In this document: one piece after another, positions 19,512-29,800 of the stretch
How positions within the stretch are numbered: position 1 is the stretch's first letter
Layout: every line of letters starts with the position of its first letter
IMG/VR virus record: IMGVR_UViG_2778261223_000007
Span: 12,132-76,131 of that record
Direction: 5' to 3' (one strand)
Origin: a virus
Taxonomy: Duplodnaviria; Heunggongvirae; Uroviricota; Caudoviricetes
DNA: 64,000 bases
Made by a program: the position numbers and the translations under genes
Notes under the pieces: generated by a model
What the model saw: only the letters and a program-made list of their open reading frames with translations
What the model was told of the DNA's origin: nothing
The model's database searches: none

Positions 19512-20510
19512 ATGCAATCACTGAATACTGTTACGGATCGCTTCTCCCTGGTAGAGAAAATCCGCAAACACACACCGCAGAACAACCGAAATTACGTCAT
19601 TCAGTCGGTACGAGACACATTCAACTCGCCAGAAACAAAAGAGCGTATCGCGCTGGGTGAGATGTATGGTTATTACGGTCATGGTCGCCGGGCGATGCAC
19701 TATAACAAAACGAAAAGCCTGAACTTGCCGGAAGTCTCTGTTGTGATGGTAGATGGGAAGCCTGTTGTATTGGAGAACGTGCCGTCAAACAGGACTATCG
19801 ACATTTCGATTGACGACAACGGCATTGTTACGCATACGCAGGAAATACTGGATACAGACACCGGGCGTATTGTTCAGGGCATGATTAATTCTGGTGCTGG
19901 TGGTTGGTCGTGGGCTACATCTGGTCCAGATTCATCGGTATCCCTGGTAAAGTCTTTCCACGGCTTTGATTACGTAACTGTGCCTAACTATATCAGCCTC
20001 GACAAGAAAAGCCTGATGCTTGAATCAGCAGAAGAGCGCGATGCGGCTATTCATGCAGCACTTATCGAACAAGGTTTTACCGATAACGCTGCTACGGATC
20101 TGGTTCACCACTTTTCAGCAATGAAAAATCAGCAAGCCATGCTCGAATCTGCACATCGTGAAGCCCTGGAATCAGAATTGATGCTCCTTGAAGTGGAAAA
20201 CATACAGCTTCGAGATAAGCTGCGCGCTCAAACAGCGATGATGGAAAGCCAGGGGGAAAATGCAAAGCAATGCCGCCGGATTTTGCGTGACGCTATCCAG
20301 GAAATGCCTGTTTTTATCAGCGCAGAACAGCGCCGGGCGCTTTGCCGTATGCAGTCTGAAGATGATGCCCGCATAGTGGCTGCGATGCTTGAATCTCTTG
20401 GGGCAAATGCTACTTATGGCTTACCGGTATCAGGCAAGAAAGAACCAGAGTTATCACCGAAGGAGAACAAAAACACCACCCCGTTACTCTTCGTTTCTAG
20501 AAGGGGGTGA
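19512..20510 (+). CDS. phage protein, possibly prohead protease/scaffold (P1 Pro-like by size)
   Basis: 332 aa; coiled-coil C-terminal half; RBS GGAGGG upstream. Confidence 0.3.
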   Translation: MQSLNTVTDRFSLVEKIRKHTPQNNRNYVIQSVRDTFNSPETKERIALGEMYGYYGHGRRAMHYNKTKSLNLPEVSVVMVDGKPVVLENVPSNRTIDISIDDNGIVTHTQEILDTDTGRIVQGMINSGAGGWSWATSGPDSSVSLVKSFHGFDYVTVPNYISLDKKSLMLESAEERDAAIHAALIEQGFTDNAATDLVHHFSAMKNQQAMLESAHREALESELMLLEVENIQLRDKLRAQTAMMESQGENAKQCRRILRDAIQEMPVFISAEQRRALCRMQSEDDARIVAAMLESLGANATYGLPVSGKKEPELSPKENKNTTPLLFVSRRG

Positions 20511-20522
20511 TTGCCTTGTTAA

Positions 20523-20539
20523 GTTAAATTTCTAACATA
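20523..20539 (+). promoter_or_regulatory. operator-like motif GTTAAATTTCTAACATA
   Basis: Member of the dispersed TTTCTAACA motif family; upstream of RepL-like gene. Confidence 0.5.
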
Positions 20540-20624
20540 GTGTATTTATATACACTGTTGATCCTGGTGGATGGGATCGAGTAGGATCGCGGTCACTGCT
20601 CCGGTAGCGACTGCCAAAAAAGCA

Positions 20625-20648
20625 AAAGCCGCTGAGAAGCGGCTTTTT
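20625..20648 (+). terminator. rho-independent terminator
   Basis: Hairpin AAAGCCGCT-GAGA-AGCGGCTTT followed by a T-run. Confidence 0.6.
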
Positions 20649-20710
20649 GGGTGTATAAATCCACTGCCATAGATTTATACGGTAGATAGATTTTTTCACG
20701 GAACTATCTG

Positions 20711-21673
20711 GTGAGTATTTTAAATTCAGTTTCAGTAACTTTCAACACTTCTGAGTATAAAAACAACACTGAATACCACAAAAAAATCAAAGGTCATCAG
20801 TTGAGTTTTTTTGCTCGTCATAGCGGTCTTCTTTCCCCTTCACATAGCGCCATTATTGCCGAGTTCGCCAACCTGGCAGGGTCTACCGATGAATACATGA
20901 TCCGTCGCTCATATGCTGATATGTCCGAGATTACAGGACGCAGTATTTCTACTGTGCGCCGGGCATTTGCTGAAGCGACGAAGTGCGGAATGCTTGTTAA
21001 GCAACATCAGGTAGCGAATAACAATGCCCAGGTGTGTAACGTATATCGGTTTACGACACAATTTCTCCACTTCATTCATGTAGCAATGGAGATAGGGGGT
21101 AAGCAGGGCATCAAATTTGCCAACGCCACAAAACTGGTTAAGCAGTTGATTTCAAAGGTTCGTTATTTTTTTGAAACTGGGAACCCCCTGTTCAAATTGA
21201 ACAAGTCCCCCCATGTTCAAAATGAACAGCCAATAGAAAATAAGAGTCACTCTATAGCCAAAAGAAGAGAAAGATCATACGCGGTTCAGCCAAAGGCTTC
21301 ACCAGCAGATAGTTCTCAAACGGATAACGGTGTACTGGATAAAAAACCAGTAATCAGGGAAGAACATACCAACCACTGCCTGGCGGCGGCAAAAGCGAGA
21401 GCTGCAAAGCGTCGTTCAGACGAGGGGCACGCAAAACGGCAGGCTCTGTATCGTACCGCTGAAAAGCTGGCAAAAAAATTTGCATGGATACGTAGTGCCG
21501 CTACCGCAGTGAATAAGCCTAAACAATCCAATGCCCTGGATTTCTCAATGGATTATTCTGGCTCCCAGGGGTGTGCAACCATTGGTGAAGCCTTTGACCT
21601 GATGAAACAGCGTGGCTATCGGTCTGAATTTGACCGGGAGGATTGGTCAATCCCTGCGGGATTTAGGGGATGA
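20711..21673 (+). CDS. putative replication initiator with winged-HTH (RepL-like)
   Basis: 320 aa, GTG start; HTH-like segment YADMSEITGRSISTVRRAFAEATKCGMLV; operator-like motif upstream at 20523..20539. Confidence 0.35.
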   Translation: MSILNSVSVTFNTSEYKNNTEYHKKIKGHQLSFFARHSGLLSPSHSAIIAEFANLAGSTDEYMIRRSYADMSEITGRSISTVRRAFAEATKCGMLVKQHQVANNNAQVCNVYRFTTQFLHFIHVAMEIGGKQGIKFANATKLVKQLISKVRYFFETGNPLFKLNKSPHVQNEQPIENKSHSIAKRRERSYAVQPKASPADSSQTDNGVLDKKPVIREEHTNHCLAAAKARAAKRRSDEGHAKRQALYRTAEKLAKKFAWIRSAATAVNKPKQSNALDFSMDYSGSQGCATIGEAFDLMKQRGYRSEFDREDWSIPAGFRG

Positions 21674-21725
21674 CCTGTGTGTCTACAAAGCATCCCAATG
21701 ATCGGAAAATGCCCGCTCGATGATT

Positions 21726-21744
21726 TATGTTAGAAAATTAATTT
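21726..21744 (-). promoter_or_regulatory. operator-like motif (rc AAATTAATTTTCTAACATA)
   Basis: Motif family member; upstream of immI-like module 1 promoter. Confidence 0.5.
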
Positions 21745-21811
21745 GCTGTTTCTAAATCGGAATGTATGATCTGCATCATCGACTGAAGTCATCCATTGCT
21801 GAAATTTTTAG

Positions 21812-21840
21812 TTGATCTTCCATGTTTTCAGGCTTATATT
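21812..21840 (+). promoter_or_regulatory. sigma70-like promoter (-35 TTGATC, 17-bp spacer, -10 TATATT) for immI-like module 1
   Basis: Seen directly; start site would fall just upstream of the first antisense target repeat. Confidence 0.4.
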
Positions 21841-21996
21841 CATGCCGTCGTAGCAAATTCTGCGACCAGGTTTGACAGCCTGAATGTTAGTGCGGACAAC
21901 CGCAGATTTCCGATATTGCGGTATTTTTGTGTCCGTAAACCGCGTTACGCCCGAATTATGGTGGGGCGTGATGGGGAGGCTTCGGCCTGCTGGTTT

Positions 21997-22016
21997 CACT
22001 AACGCCAGTCTGTCAA
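21997..22016 (+). ncRNA. candidate c4-like antisense RNA core (CACTAAC-N6-CTGTCAA)
   Basis: Complementary to two repeats TTGACAG...GTTAGTG at 21871..21892 and 22039..22075, the second overlapping the RBS of the icd-like ORF. Exact RNA ends unknown. Confidence 0.35.
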
Positions 22017-22086
22017 CCCTGTCACGTCCTGCCACCTGTTTGACAGCGGGTAGCAGGTTGTTAAACCTGTTAGTGAGGCCGTAACT

Positions 22087-22311
22087 ATGGTTAATGCCAA
22101 TCCTTGCTCACGTCCAGAATTCATCTGGCGTTTCCACTCCCTGCAAAAACACTGCGATCACTTCGCAATTGCCGCAACCGAAAAAGAAGCCCGTTCTCTG
22201 ATCCCTGATCAGCATGGTGTTCTTACTGGTCGTTTCTCTACTTCCCCACAACCAAACACTAATCCCTGGTATCGCAATATTACCAATCCCGGCATTGCGG
22301 AGGCACACTGA
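22087..22311 (+). CDS. Icd-like small protein (immI-like module 1)
   Basis: 74 aa; stop overlaps the antirepressor start (TGATG); paralog at 58280..58495 shares the EFIWRF...QKH...AATE.EARS...VEAH pattern. Confidence 0.5.
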   Translation: MVNANPCSRPEFIWRFHSLQKHCDHFAIAATEKEARSLIPDQHGVLTGRFSTSPQPNTNPWYRNITNPGIAEAH

Positions 22312-23018
22312 TGGATATCTGCATTCTTGAAAAGCCATCAATGACCAGCATTGAGATCGCGGAGCTGGTGGGAAAACGTCATGACAATGTGAAGCGTACC
22401 ATTGAAACATTAGCCGAATCCGGCGTTATTGTTCGTCCTCAAATTGAGGATGAACCAAAAATAGATGTAATGGGGCGTTCTCGATTAATTCAGGTGTTCC
22501 GATTTAGCGACGAGCAAGGCAAACGAGACAGCATCATTGTAGTCGCACAGCTTTGTCCTGAGTTTACTGCCCGGCTGGTGGACCGCTGGCGCGAACTGGA
22601 AGAACAAGTACGCCAGCCGTTGACCGAAATAGAGATGATCGCCGCAATGGCTGCAAATGCAGTTCAGCAGCAAAAGCGGCTTCATGCTGTTGAGTCAAAG
22701 GTTAGCCAGGTCGCTGAAACCGTCGAGCAAATCAAGAAGGGCAATATGCCAGATGGCTACATTGGCTACCGCCAGCTGGCGGCGAAATGTGGCCTGACCG
22801 AAGCCAAATGCCGTAACCTGGTTAACGCTTACCGGATTCCCACCGATACACATGAGTTTTTAACTCCAGAGGGGGTATTGTCGCGTCGTTCCATCGTGGC
22901 CTTATCTCCCTTCATGAATGCTTTTAACCGGATGATGTCGGAGGCTGAACACCGAGGAAAACGCTGGTATCACCCCAAAATGGGGCAATTCCAGGTGATC
23001 GGTTGGGGAGGTGAGTGA
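22311..23018 (+). CDS. antirepressor, Rha-family N-terminal domain
   Basis: 235 aa; MTSIEIAELVGKRHDNVKRTIE matches the phage Rha regulatory-protein signature; paralog of 58495..59421. Confidence 0.6.
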   Translation: MDICILEKPSMTSIEIAELVGKRHDNVKRTIETLAESGVIVRPQIEDEPKIDVMGRSRLIQVFRFSDEQGKRDSIIVVAQLCPEFTARLVDRWRELEEQVRQPLTEIEMIAAMAANAVQQQKRLHAVESKVSQVAETVEQIKKGNMPDGYIGYRQLAAKCGLTEAKCRNLVNAYRIPTDTHEFLTPEGVLSRRSIVALSPFMNAFNRMMSEAEHRGKRWYHPKMGQFQVIGWGGE

Positions 23019-23215
23019 TGGACATCATGCAGGCGGTAAAAAAAATCAGGGAAGGACAGGCTGAAGTGTGCCGCCGTAAAGCATGGAGTGTTGGTGTATG
23101 GGCCTGGCCTGATAATTACTCTACTACCGGATGGTTTTGTATTAATGGACTCCAGATCCGGGAAGTTGATTTATCGACGGCTGATATAGTCGGTAATGAT
23201 TGGATCGTGACTTGA
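23015..23215 (+). CDS. small DUF2829-like protein (split-off C-terminal domain of antirepressor)
   Basis: 66 aa, GTG start overlapping upstream stop; aligns with the C-terminus of the fused paralog at 58495..59421; ends DLSTADIVGNDWIVT. Confidence 0.45.
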   Translation: MMDIMQAVKKIREGQAEVCRRKAWSVGVWAWPDNYSTTGWFCINGLQIREVDLSTADIVGNDWIVT

Positions 23216-23223
23216 AGCGTGAT

Positions 23224-23248
23224 GCCCCGGCCTGGCCGGGGCTTTTTT
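23224..23248. terminator. terminator hairpin between convergent genes
   Basis: CCCCGGCC-TGG-CCGGGG followed by CTTTTTTC; a near-identical hairpin occurs after the paralogous antirepressor at 59434..59455. Confidence 0.55.
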
Positions 23249-23733
23249 CATGCCTCATTAGTTGAGGTTGCTGCGTCTCCGACTGGTAACAGAGCGGTAT
23301 TGCGTGGTTCGCCAGCAGGCCAGCGATAGCCAGACACTCTTGATGTTGGGAATGCGCGAATATTAACCGCATCCCCCTGGTTCCCACCCAGGACAAGCAG
23401 ATCGCCATTGGCGCGGCGTCCGACAACGAAGCCTACGTGCCCACCGCCTACACGGGTAAATACAACGATACATCCGTATGCCGGTGTATCTAATTTCTCG
23501 CCCCAATCCAGATAGGATTTTGCCGACTCAAATCTTGTTGAGCGGATGCCTACACGTTCCAGCATTGCACCGACAAATGCTGCGCACCACGGCGTTTCAT
23601 CGTCTTTAATTCCGCCGCGCTTGATGTCGCGCCAGAACTGAACGATTTCAGGGTTGTGTTTAGCGCCTTTTATTTCAGTCAGGCCAATGTGCTTACGGGC
23701 TTCAATTAGCCAGCGAGGTTCAATGTTTGCCAT
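23248..23733 (-). CDS. NlpC/P60-CHAP-like amidase family protein (TIGR02594-like)
   Basis: 161 aa; conserved Cys (TPWCAAFV) and His (GGGHVGFV) arrangement typical of this family (from memory). Confidence 0.5.
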   Translation of the reverse strand: MANIEPRWLIEARKHIGLTEIKGAKHNPEIVQFWRDIKRGGIKDDETPWCAAFVGAMLERVGIRSTRFESAKSYLDWGEKLDTPAYGCIVVFTRVGGGHVGFVVGRRANGDLLVLGGNQGDAVNIRAFPTSRVSGYRWPAGEPRNTALLPVGDAATSTNEA

Positions 23734-23884
23734 ATTTTTCTCCCGGTCATGGGTTAATAAGTAGGCAAACTATGGGGAGTATGTGATTTTGACGGTAGTA
23801 TCGTCCCCCTGAAAATAACATTCTCCATACCCTCTCAACCGTACCGCATAGCGGAATTTTTTACGGTTTAGAGGGGGAAATCCT

Positions 23885-26800
23885 TTGGACAAACTACTTC
23901 ATTCAATCAGTGAAGCCTCCAGCTTAGGCGAACTGATTGAAATTGTTAGTCGGTTGCATAAATTACGTGCTGTTGCGACCTTTGGCGTCAGGAAAGCCGA
24001 TGGCGTCAGTATTCAGAAAACACGCCGGGCAGCAAATAATGCCGCAGTAAATCTTCTTAATTCCCTTCCGCCCGGCTTCGATGGGGCGAAATTAACTGAC
24101 GAACAACGTCAGATTCTTGCCGGGTATACCGGTGAAGGCGGCCTGACAGATGGTGAGGGCAGCCAATACGAATACTACACGCCACAGTTTATGGCTGAAG
24201 GTATATGGGATCTGTTTGCTGACTACGGTATTGATGGCGGGCACGTACTGGAACCATCAGCGGGCACAGGTATTTTCCAGGAGACAAAACGGCAGGGCAT
24301 GATAATGACCAGCGCGGAACTGTCTCCGATTTCTGGTCGAATAAACCAGCTTTTGCACCCGGAAGACGATGTGAATATCGGGGCGTTTGAGGCGCTGGCG
24401 GCGAAAGATGCAATGTATGACCACGCTGTTGGTAACGTACCGTTTGGTGAAGGGCGTTCCGGCGTTGCCGGGCTTGATCCGGCATATGCAAACGAGAAGA
24501 ACGTTGGCAATTACTTTGTGCTGCGCACGATCGACAAGGTTAAGCCTGGTGGGCTTATCGTATTGGTGGTGCCAAATGGCATGACCGATGGTACGAAATA
24601 TAAAAAATTGCGCGATAAAGTCAGCCGTAAAGCGGAATTTTTGGGCGCACATCGTATGCCTTCCGGTACGTTCAGCGAATCCGGTACAGATACCGTGGTG
24701 GACGTATGGGTATTGCGTAAACACCCGGAAACCTTCCTGGAGATGATCCCCGACACGGATGATTCAACACTCAAATCGGCAAACGTCCTTTGGGATACCT
24801 TCCTCAAAGGAAAATGGTTTACAACCGAAGGGAAGCGATTTGTTTACGGCGACATGGAACGTGCCAGCTTCCGCAATACCCTGGTGGTGAAAAAAGACGG
24901 TCGTGTATCCAATGAGTCGATGAAAACCGCGCTATCTCGTCGCTTTGATAGTCGCATCAATTGGGATTTGCTCGGCGTAACTACTCAGGCATGGCAGGGC
25001 GCGAAAGTGGGCGATAAACGCCTTGTAGGCGGTATCTGGCATGAGTTTGATGGTCTGAAATGGGTTAAGGACACGACAACCAAATCCTCCGCGCTTGATG
25101 TAAGTCGATATGGTGTTTCGACGTTTGGCGATCTGCAGATCGCGTTCCAGTCAACAAACGGGATTCTGGCTTTGTCATGGGACCAGATATCGGCGATCGC
25201 GTCCGACTATCCATCGGTTGTCAGTGATGAAGTGGCAGCAATGATTCGCTTTGCTGGCAAGCAGCGAGAAAAAGATAGAGAGCGCGTTATGCGCGGTGCG
25301 CTGATAGGGCAGTTGATCAACAAGGCACTTGATTTGCGTAACCTGGGGGTGAACGTTGATGACAAACTGGCAGATGCATCCCGCCTGGCGGCAGCAGAAG
25401 TTGCGAAGTATGGACCACCACACGCCATTAAGCTGAATGGGCTTGCTGAAGCTGGCGCTAAAAACTGGATGACGTTCACTGGCAATGTGAAACAGGATGG
25501 TTCCACTTCTGACCTTCTGGCAGGGCGACTTGATGTAACGGATGGTGCTGCCGGTATTGACTTTACACGTCCTGAACAAGTGATAGCACATCTTTTCAGT
25601 GATGTAGCCCTTAATCCTATAACGCTGGGAGACTTTCGTGAGGCGTTTGCTGGTGAACTGCCAGAGGACGACGACGCGGCCCTTGAATACCTGGCGAAAT
25701 TTGATGATATCGCTATTGATGGGTATGGCTGTCTGCTGCCGATGGACCGCGCCACCAGCGGCGATGTTGCAACCAAAACAGCACTGCTGGTGGGCTGGCG
25801 TGATGCGTCAACAGGTGAGCAGAAAGCGAACTTTGAGCGTCAGTTGGCGAAAATCGAAGAGAAACGCATTTTCACGCCACTAAATAAAGTCACCGTTAAT
25901 CTGAATGCCCGCTGGCTGGATCGCCGCTTGATAAAAGAGTTCTTGGCAGAGCAGGGCTATGACGAGTTTAAGTACACTGAACCTGATCTGAAGGTCGTCG
26001 ATGGCATTCTGGTATCTCCGGACGATTACGAAGGTAAGGACGGGGTATTTACCGGCTATCAGCTACGAACCGTAAACGGCAAAAACGGGAATGAGTTCAA
26101 GAAGGCCAACAATAAAGACGGCTTCCTGAACCAGTTAGAAAACTACCTGAACGGTGTTAAACCGCGTGGGCAGAACGCTAACGAGTACCTGGATAAAATT
26201 GCTCAACTGGAAGTTAGCTTTAACGACTGGTTACGCACCCACCCGCAGGCGGATCAGATAGCCCGTGACTATAACGACGCATTCAATGGTTTCATTCCGT
26301 TCACACATTCTGACGCACCGCTTGGCCTGGAAGGGATTAGTGGAAAGCGCATTCCTCTGACTTATCAGAATGAAGAAGTTCGGCGCTTGTCAGAAGATGG
26401 GCGTGGCATCATGGGATTTGGTACCGGGCTGGGTAAAACCACGACCGCGCTTGCGCTTGAGGCGTATAACTTCGAAACAGGTCGCACTAAACGCACGTGT
26501 ATTGTTGTTCCGAAGGCGGTTTATCAGAACTGGTATCACGAGGCACAGAGTTTCTACAGTGCTGATGCCTTCGCCAATATGATGTTTATCGGTTTGGATG
26601 AAGTTCGTGATGACAGCGGAAATATTCTGACCGCGCCGGTGCTTGATGAAAATGGCGAACCACGCCTCGACAGTAACGGGCAGCCTCTTACCAGAAATGT
26701 TGTGAAAGAGTCCTCCAGCGCCGTTATCGTTCAGCGTATGAACATGATCCCGTCGTCAAATTGGCGAACGGTCATCATGACAAAAGAACAATTCGCGTCT

Positions 26801-29800
26801 ATCCCGCTACGAGAAAAAACCATCGAGGAGAACTCACAGCAAGCTGTCTTTAATGCTGTGGAAATGGGGCGTCTTGACCTGGCGTCCGGTAAACACCGTG
26901 ATGCGCAGAAGAAGAACAAGATTAAGGATCAGGCCGCGAATACCGGTACAACGAAGAAGCAAAATATCCCGTACTTTGAGGATATGAACTTCGATAGCGT
27001 GATTGCCGACGAGGGGCATAACTACCGCAACTCCTTTAATGCCGGGCGTGAAGCGGGACAACTGGCATATTTGCCTAACCCGGCAGTATCCAAGATGGCC
27101 CGCGACATGGCTGTAAAAGCTGCGTACATGATGAAACGCAACAACGGGCGTGGTGTAGTCATGCTGACGGCAACACCGCTGGTGAACAGTCCGATTGATG
27201 CCTTCAACATGCTGTCTACTGTCATTCCGCAGGAAGAGTGGATGCGTATGGGCATCATTACGCCTGATGATTTCGTTCGTGTGTTTGGCAAAACAGCCAC
27301 AGTTCAGGTCCAGAAAATTTCCGGGGAAGTGGAAGAGAAGCAGGGGCTGGTGGGCTTCCAGAACCTTGACGGCCTGCGTGGTATTTTCCATCGTTGGGCC
27401 ACTCTGAAGACTGCTGCAGATGTCGGAGCGACGGTTAAAATTCCCGACATCATCGAGAACACCTTGCAGATCCCGATGACAGGGGAGCAGGAGACTGCTT
27501 ATGAAGAGCTTCGTAAGCGTGCTCAGGAGTTAAGTCGCAATGATGAGCTGACAGTCGATGAAAACGGGCATATCACTAACGACAAACCGGATGATTTCAT
27601 CTTCTCCATCATCCGTGACATGGATAAGGTTGCTATAGACCCGGATCTGTATGCCAGTGCGATTACATTCCAGTTCCCCGTTGAGCTTGCAGACCAGGTA
27701 AAAGCTATTGCTGATGCCTTGCCAAAAGTAGCTGGCGGTAAAGTGGCAGATGATGTTGATGAGGCCGAGGAAGACGGCGCTGGCGGGCTGGTCAGTACGC
27801 GTACCAGCAAGGTAGTGAAGACCGCTTTTAGTGAACATCCGACGCATGTTGAAATACGTGCCAGCATTGAACTGGAAGCTGAAATACTGAAGGCCATTGC
27901 GGCTGCCGGCATTGATATGCAGCAGGTATCGCACCCCATCCCGCCGAAGTATGCCGCGCTGATCGAAAATCTTCGTGAAGGTCTGAAGAACGGTAAGCAG
28001 ATCGTCTTTATTGATGAAAAAGCCCAGCACCAGAAGCTGCGCCGTATTATCGCCAGTGCACTGCAAATGCCGGAGCAGGAGATTGGCATTATCAATGCGA
28101 CGACAGTTAGCCAGGCTGGTGGCATCAAACTGAAGAAGGTGAATAAGCCGACCGAACCTACTCCAAACAAAAACGGTGAATACAAAGAAGGGGCATGGGA
28201 AACCTACTACAGCAAACTTGCCCAATATGAGGATTATCTCTCCGCTAAAAATGATGCTGGCCTTGAGGGCATGGAAGGTATTGCCGCCGACTATAACGAA
28301 GGTCGCACGCGCATCATAATCTGTAACAAGAAGGCTGAAGTAGGTATTAACCTGCACATCGGGACAACCGATATCCACCACCTGACACTACCCTGGACAC
28401 CAGCCAGTATCGACCAACGAAATGGGCGCGGTGCGCGCGTAGGTTCACCGCAAGAAAAGGTCAATGTTCACTACTATTGTGGCAAAGGCACATTCGATGA
28501 CTTCCGTCTGGATACGCTTAAACGTAAGAAAGACTGGATCAAGATGGTGATGACCTCCGACATGTCAGAGATCGCCAATGGTGATGCGGATGATGCTGAT
28601 GAACGCGCCATTATGCTGGCGGCAAACCCGGAAGAACGCCGCGCAATCATGGCTCGCCAGGCGCAAGAGCGTGAAGAACGTCTGAAACTGAAAGCACAGC
28701 GCGAGGCCAACAATGCTCTCGATATCTACCTGAAAGCGGCAAACGCCGCCGGAAAAGATATCGGCATGATGGAGACAGAACTGAAAAGCGCGATGGAACA
28801 GATAGAGTATTACCAGCGAAATCTTGACGACCTGATAAAAGCGGGTACGAACAGGAATGGGCAAAAATACGCGCTTGAGCAGTTGAGTAGCTACAGAAAA
28901 CGTGCGCGGGTGCTGCGGTTTGCGATCACCAGGGCAAAAGACGCGGATACCATAATGAAACGCTCTCGTGGTGATGTGGAGCGCGCTATTAAGTCTGGTG
29001 TGCTGGATATCAGTATCGATGTTATTCAGAACCCACAGGAATATATGCGCACTGACAAGAATATCCTGTTGCATAAAGGTAGTTATTACCGTGCAGTCAT
29101 TGATGATCGCGAAACAACAGCGATTGTCCGGGTGGAAAAAATTGACGGTGAAAAAGCACAATACCTCTGCCGTATCGCCTGGCTGGATAGAGCAAGTCGT
29201 TACGCTCGAGCACCGGGGTCAATCGTTACATTGCCGTTTGACTCTGTGATTGAAGCGGTAACTTTTGAAGAGGGGGTAGCTGAATCGCGCGCAACGGCTG
29301 CGCGAGGTGTTCAGTGCCACCAGCTATCAACAATACTTACTCGCGATCAGTTCTATGATGCTATTCGCAATGGGGTAATGAATGTTATTGCTGGTAAACC
29401 TGGTAATGCATGGGGCGGTGGGTCAGCTATTAAATACTGGGCATATCGCACAGATGATGGTCAGATCGCGCTGTCATCGGCCTATGATGGCGTGATAGGC
29501 CAAAAAATCGGGCGAGCATCGGATATAGCACCTGAGCGATGGATATATCCTGATGGCAACGACGAGGCGCTGAAGCGTGAAGTGGCAAAAATACAAGCCA
29601 GTGATAACCCGCTGAATATCGTGGACGGCGAGGGATTCCTCCAGGCATTGTATGGGTATGATTACATCCAGGGAATGCAGGCATGGGGCGCACAGGCAAC
29701 GATGGATGATGTTGCCCAGGAGTTCGAAAACTGGATGGCTGGGCGTGGTCTGTCAGGTCGTTCGCTTAATAAAGTCACTTCTGAAGATATTCTTAGCTTG

